The notes under the pieces are model-generated. The model had not been told where the DNA came from and searched no databases. It saw only the letters and a list, made by a program, of their open reading frames with translations. Shown in pieces: positions 60,583 to 64,000 of a stretch of 64,000 nt of DNA. This stretch comes from Octopus bimaculoides (lineage: Eukaryota): contig NC_068995.1 in assembly GCF_001194135.2 (NCBI RefSeq), positions 33,900,458 through 33,964,457 of the forward strand, in the 5' to 3' direction. Position numbers and translations under genes: made by a program. Each line of letters starts with the position of its first letter. The first letter of the stretch is position 1.

Positions 60583-62790
60583 TATCATCATTGTTGTTTA
60601 ACATCCGCTTTCCATGCTGGCATGGGTTGGACAGTTTGACTGAGGACTGGTGAACCAGAACGCTGCACCAGGCTCAATCTGATCTGGCAAAATTTCTACA
60701 GCTGGATGCACTTCCTAATGCCAACCACTCTGAGGGTGTAGTGTGTGTTTTATGTGCCACCGGCCTCGAGGGCCACTCAGGCAGTTCTGGCAACGACCAC
60801 GCTCAAAAGGTGTTTTTTACATGTTACCTGCACAGGAGCCAGTCTGGCGGCACTGGCAATGATCATGCTCGAATGTTGTTTCCCACGTGTCACCGGCACT
60901 TGTGCTGGTAAGGCGATGCTGGCAACAATCACACTTGAATGATGCTTTTTACGTGCCACCAGCACAGGAGCTAATCTGTGGCCCTGGCAATGATCACGCT
61001 TGGATGTGCTTTTAATGTTCCACTGGCACAAGTGCCAATCAGGCGGTTCTGTCATCGGCCATGTCAGCGATTTTGATTTCACTTGCCTCAATAGGTCTTC
61101 ACAAGCAAAGTTTATTGTCCAATGAATGAGGGTTATTCATAAGTGGGCTGGTTACACCCACTGGCATAGGCCATGGTCTATGGTCTCACTTGGCTTGTCG
61201 GCTCTTCTTAAGCACAGCATATTTCCAAAGGTCTCGGTCACTAGTCATTGCCTTGGTAAGGCCCAATGTTCGAAGGTTGTGCTTCACCACCTCATCCCAG
61301 GTCTTCCTGGGTCTACCTCTTCCACAGGTTCCCTCAACTGCTAGGNNNNNNNNNNCCCAGGTCTTCCTGGGTCTACCTCTTCCACAGGTTCCCTCAACTG
61401 CTAGGGTGTGACACTTTTTCACACAGCTGTCCTCATTCATTCACAACACATGACCATACCAGCGTAGTCGTCTCTCTTGCACACCACATCTGATGCTACT
61501 TAAATCCAACCTTTCTCTCAGGACCTGTCGTGTATGCACACTGACATTACACATCCAGCGGAGCATACTGACTTCATTCCTTGCAAGCTTATGCATGTCC
61601 TCAGCAGTCACGGCCCATGTTTCACTGCCATGTAGCATGGCTGTTCGTACACATGCATCATACAGTCTACCTTTTACTCTGAGTGAGAGGCCCTTTGTCA
61701 CCAGTAGAGGTAAGAGCTCTCTAAACTTTGCCCAAGCTATTCTTATTCTAGCAGCTACACTTTCAGCGCACCCACCTCCCCTGCTACTGACTTGGTCACC
61801 TAGATAGCAGAAGCTATCAACTACTTGTAGTTTTTCTCCCTGGAATGTGACAGAAGCTGTTCTCTGCACATTTTCACCTGAGCATTTGCCACATACAAAA
61901 ACTATCTTCCCAGTTAGCTTTCCTTTGATATTGCTGCACCTCTTATGTGTCCATAGCTTACACTGGGTACATCTTATGGACTTTCTACCTACGCCTTTTC
62001 TACAGATCGAGCAGGGCCATCTACCTGAAGGGATTTGTGGTTTGTCTGCCCTCCTACTTACTAGAACTTTGGTTTTAGCTAAGTTGACCCTAAGGCCCTT
62101 CAATTCTAGTCCCTGCTTCCACACCTGAAACTTTTCCTCTAGTTCTGATAGTGACTCAGCTATTAGAGCAAAGTCATCAGCATAGAGGAACTCCCAGGGA
62201 CATCCTGTCTTGAATTCTTCTGTGATAGCCTGGAGGACTATGATAAATAGGAGGAGGCTGAGGACTGATCCTTGGTGGAGCCCTACCCCTACCCGGAATT
62301 CTTTACTGTACTCGTTGCCAACCCTCACCTTACTGACAGCTTCCCTGTACGTGGCTTGCACAGCTCTCACTAACCATTCATCTATCCTAGTTTCCTCATT
62401 GACCACCAGATAAGGGATCGGGAGACCCTGTCAAAGGCTTTCTCCATGTCAATGAAAGCCAGGTACAGAGGTTTATCTTTGGCTAGGTATTTCTCTTGCA
62501 GCTGTCTTACCAGAAATAAAGCATTAGTGGTGCTTTTCCCTGGCACAAACCCAAACTGCATCTCATCCAGACTGACTCTCTCCCTAATTAGTTGGACTAT
62601 GACCCTCTCTGTGACTTTCATTACCTGATCCAACAACTTGATGCCTCTGTAATTATTTGTATCTAAAGTGTCACCTTTACCTTTGTAGTAGTTGACAATG
62701 GTGCTGCTACACCAGTCATTGGGTGCGACTCCTTCATGTATCACATGGGTAACTATATGGGTAACTAGGCTATAATCTTTGTTGGTATTT
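60583..62790 (-). mobile_element. RTE-clade LINE, 5'-truncated, longest copy in the window (RT, PHD-like finger, 3' UTR with minisatellite, (GAT)n tail)
   Basis: ORFs 62382..62846 (NYRGIKLL, QFGFVPGKST, FIDMEKAFDRV) and 61441..62406 (GLHQGSVLS, LYADD, DSFCYLG) are separated by a frameshift; tail is ttaaac(aac)atgatgat. Confidence 0.95.
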
Positions 62791-63163
62791 TGTTTTAAGT
62801 TTATATGAAGGGAGGGGGCAATATCTTTGATCTCTTCATCCCCCACCCAATTGAAGAGTGAGAGATGGCAGAGTACTGGGTAGAATGGTCACTAATTTTT
62901 ATCCTGTCACTAATACTAAATATATTCATGATTGACTAAGATACTTAACCTTTTAATCCATCTAGTTCAATTGTGAAAGTAGCAGAGATTGGTATGGCTT
63001 AGTGGGAAGCAGCAGATCACAGTATAAAGTTAACTCCACAACTATATGGTTTTTAGATTTGACTCTATTATATGGTAACTTAGACTACAGTCTTTTAATA
63101 TAGCCTTGGGTTGTTCAGTACTTTGTGAGTGAATGTGAGTAGACAGAAACAATGTAGAAGTCT

Positions 63164-63238
<75 letters not shown>

Positions 63239-63333
63239 ATATACACATACACACACATGTATGTGCAGTAAATCTTCAATTTAACAGAGAAATATGGATG
63301 AAGGTGCATCCATTAGTACTGAAAGTCCATCAA

Positions 63334-63552
63334 CCCTTTAGAATTTAAACCAGCCATATCTAGCCTAAAATGGTCTATCTGTTTTATGTTCAAACTGGCA
63401 AGATCTGGCTTCTCACCCCTATCTGACAATGTCAATAAAAAAAGCAATTACATCATTAAAATCTTAACTCTACAACATAATGCTTGATTAATTAACAAAC
63501 AATGTGAATGAATATGTATTGCATTTGATTGAGTAATCTGAATGCTAAAGGT
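63334..63552. mobile_element. piggyBac-type MITE (~220 bp; CCCTTTAG(C)ATT...AATGCTAAAGG), TTAA-like TSD
   Basis: TIRs and TTAA/TCAA flanks; same family at 33031-33240 and, partially, 18098-18296. Confidence 0.8.
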
Positions 63553-64000
63553 TTAAGTCAAAAGTCATCTGGGCACTTTTTTCTTATTGTTTTTAAAGTG
63601 AAAAGGCTTAATACGATATACACCAGTGCATAATATAAAATAATCAAATTATAATAGATAATATACATACAAAGCCTATTAAGAAAAAATTTTTCCTCTG
63701 AGACAAACTCCTCCAGTAAATGCCATTCATGTTTTGGTGTGTAGAAACATGATAAAATTATGCTTACACATCATTATTTTGCTCCTAACTACTTTGTCTG
63801 TTGATACTGAATTCATGTTTGGCAAACCTCAGCACACACCAGTAAATATTTTGCTGGTTGATTCCTATATCAGAGCATGAGTTTGTGTCTCACTCCAAAT
63901 GACCAAGGCAGTGTCTATCACCGACGAGGTGAAATATAGGTGAAACATTGTCTGATAGTCTAGTGATGTTATTTGAAACTTGGTGTGTTTTACACACAAA

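Noticed and set aside
61296-61405. Perfect 50-bp direct repeat inside the RTE
   Set aside because: The two copies flank a 10-N gap, so this is most likely an unmerged contig overlap (assembly artefact).

Overview
AT-rich, repeat-dense animal genomic DNA with six N gaps. The SINE/RTE repertoire resembles what I recall from Octopus (coleoid cephalopod); this species call is an inference. Two host genes are read by hand. (1) A complete 12-exon CNOT11 (CCR4-NOT subunit 11) lies on the minus strand, ATG 36994 to stop 4788. Its CDS is 1365 nt (454 aa), and all introns are GT-AG with consistent phases. (2) A divergently oriented first coding exon of a RIC-3-like nicotinic-receptor chaperone lies at 43181-43316 (+). 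It is too short for the ORF track, and its later exons were not found. The rest is mobile DNA: a full-length but degenerate piggyBac in CNOT11 intron 1, a Tc1 interrupted by an RTE derivative, a DD37D-like mariner fragment, a deleted Tx1/L1-type LINE between the genes, many RTE LINE pieces, several tRNA-derived SINE families, piggyBac-type MITEs and microsatellites. The most unusual observations are a ~100-bp hairpin MITE family with telomere-type repeats in its loop (two copies, 8-bp TSDs), and a sense-oriented piggyBac that keeps a textbook splice acceptor and poly(A) signals inside CNOT11 intron 1. No CRISPR array, rRNA or genuine tRNA gene was found.
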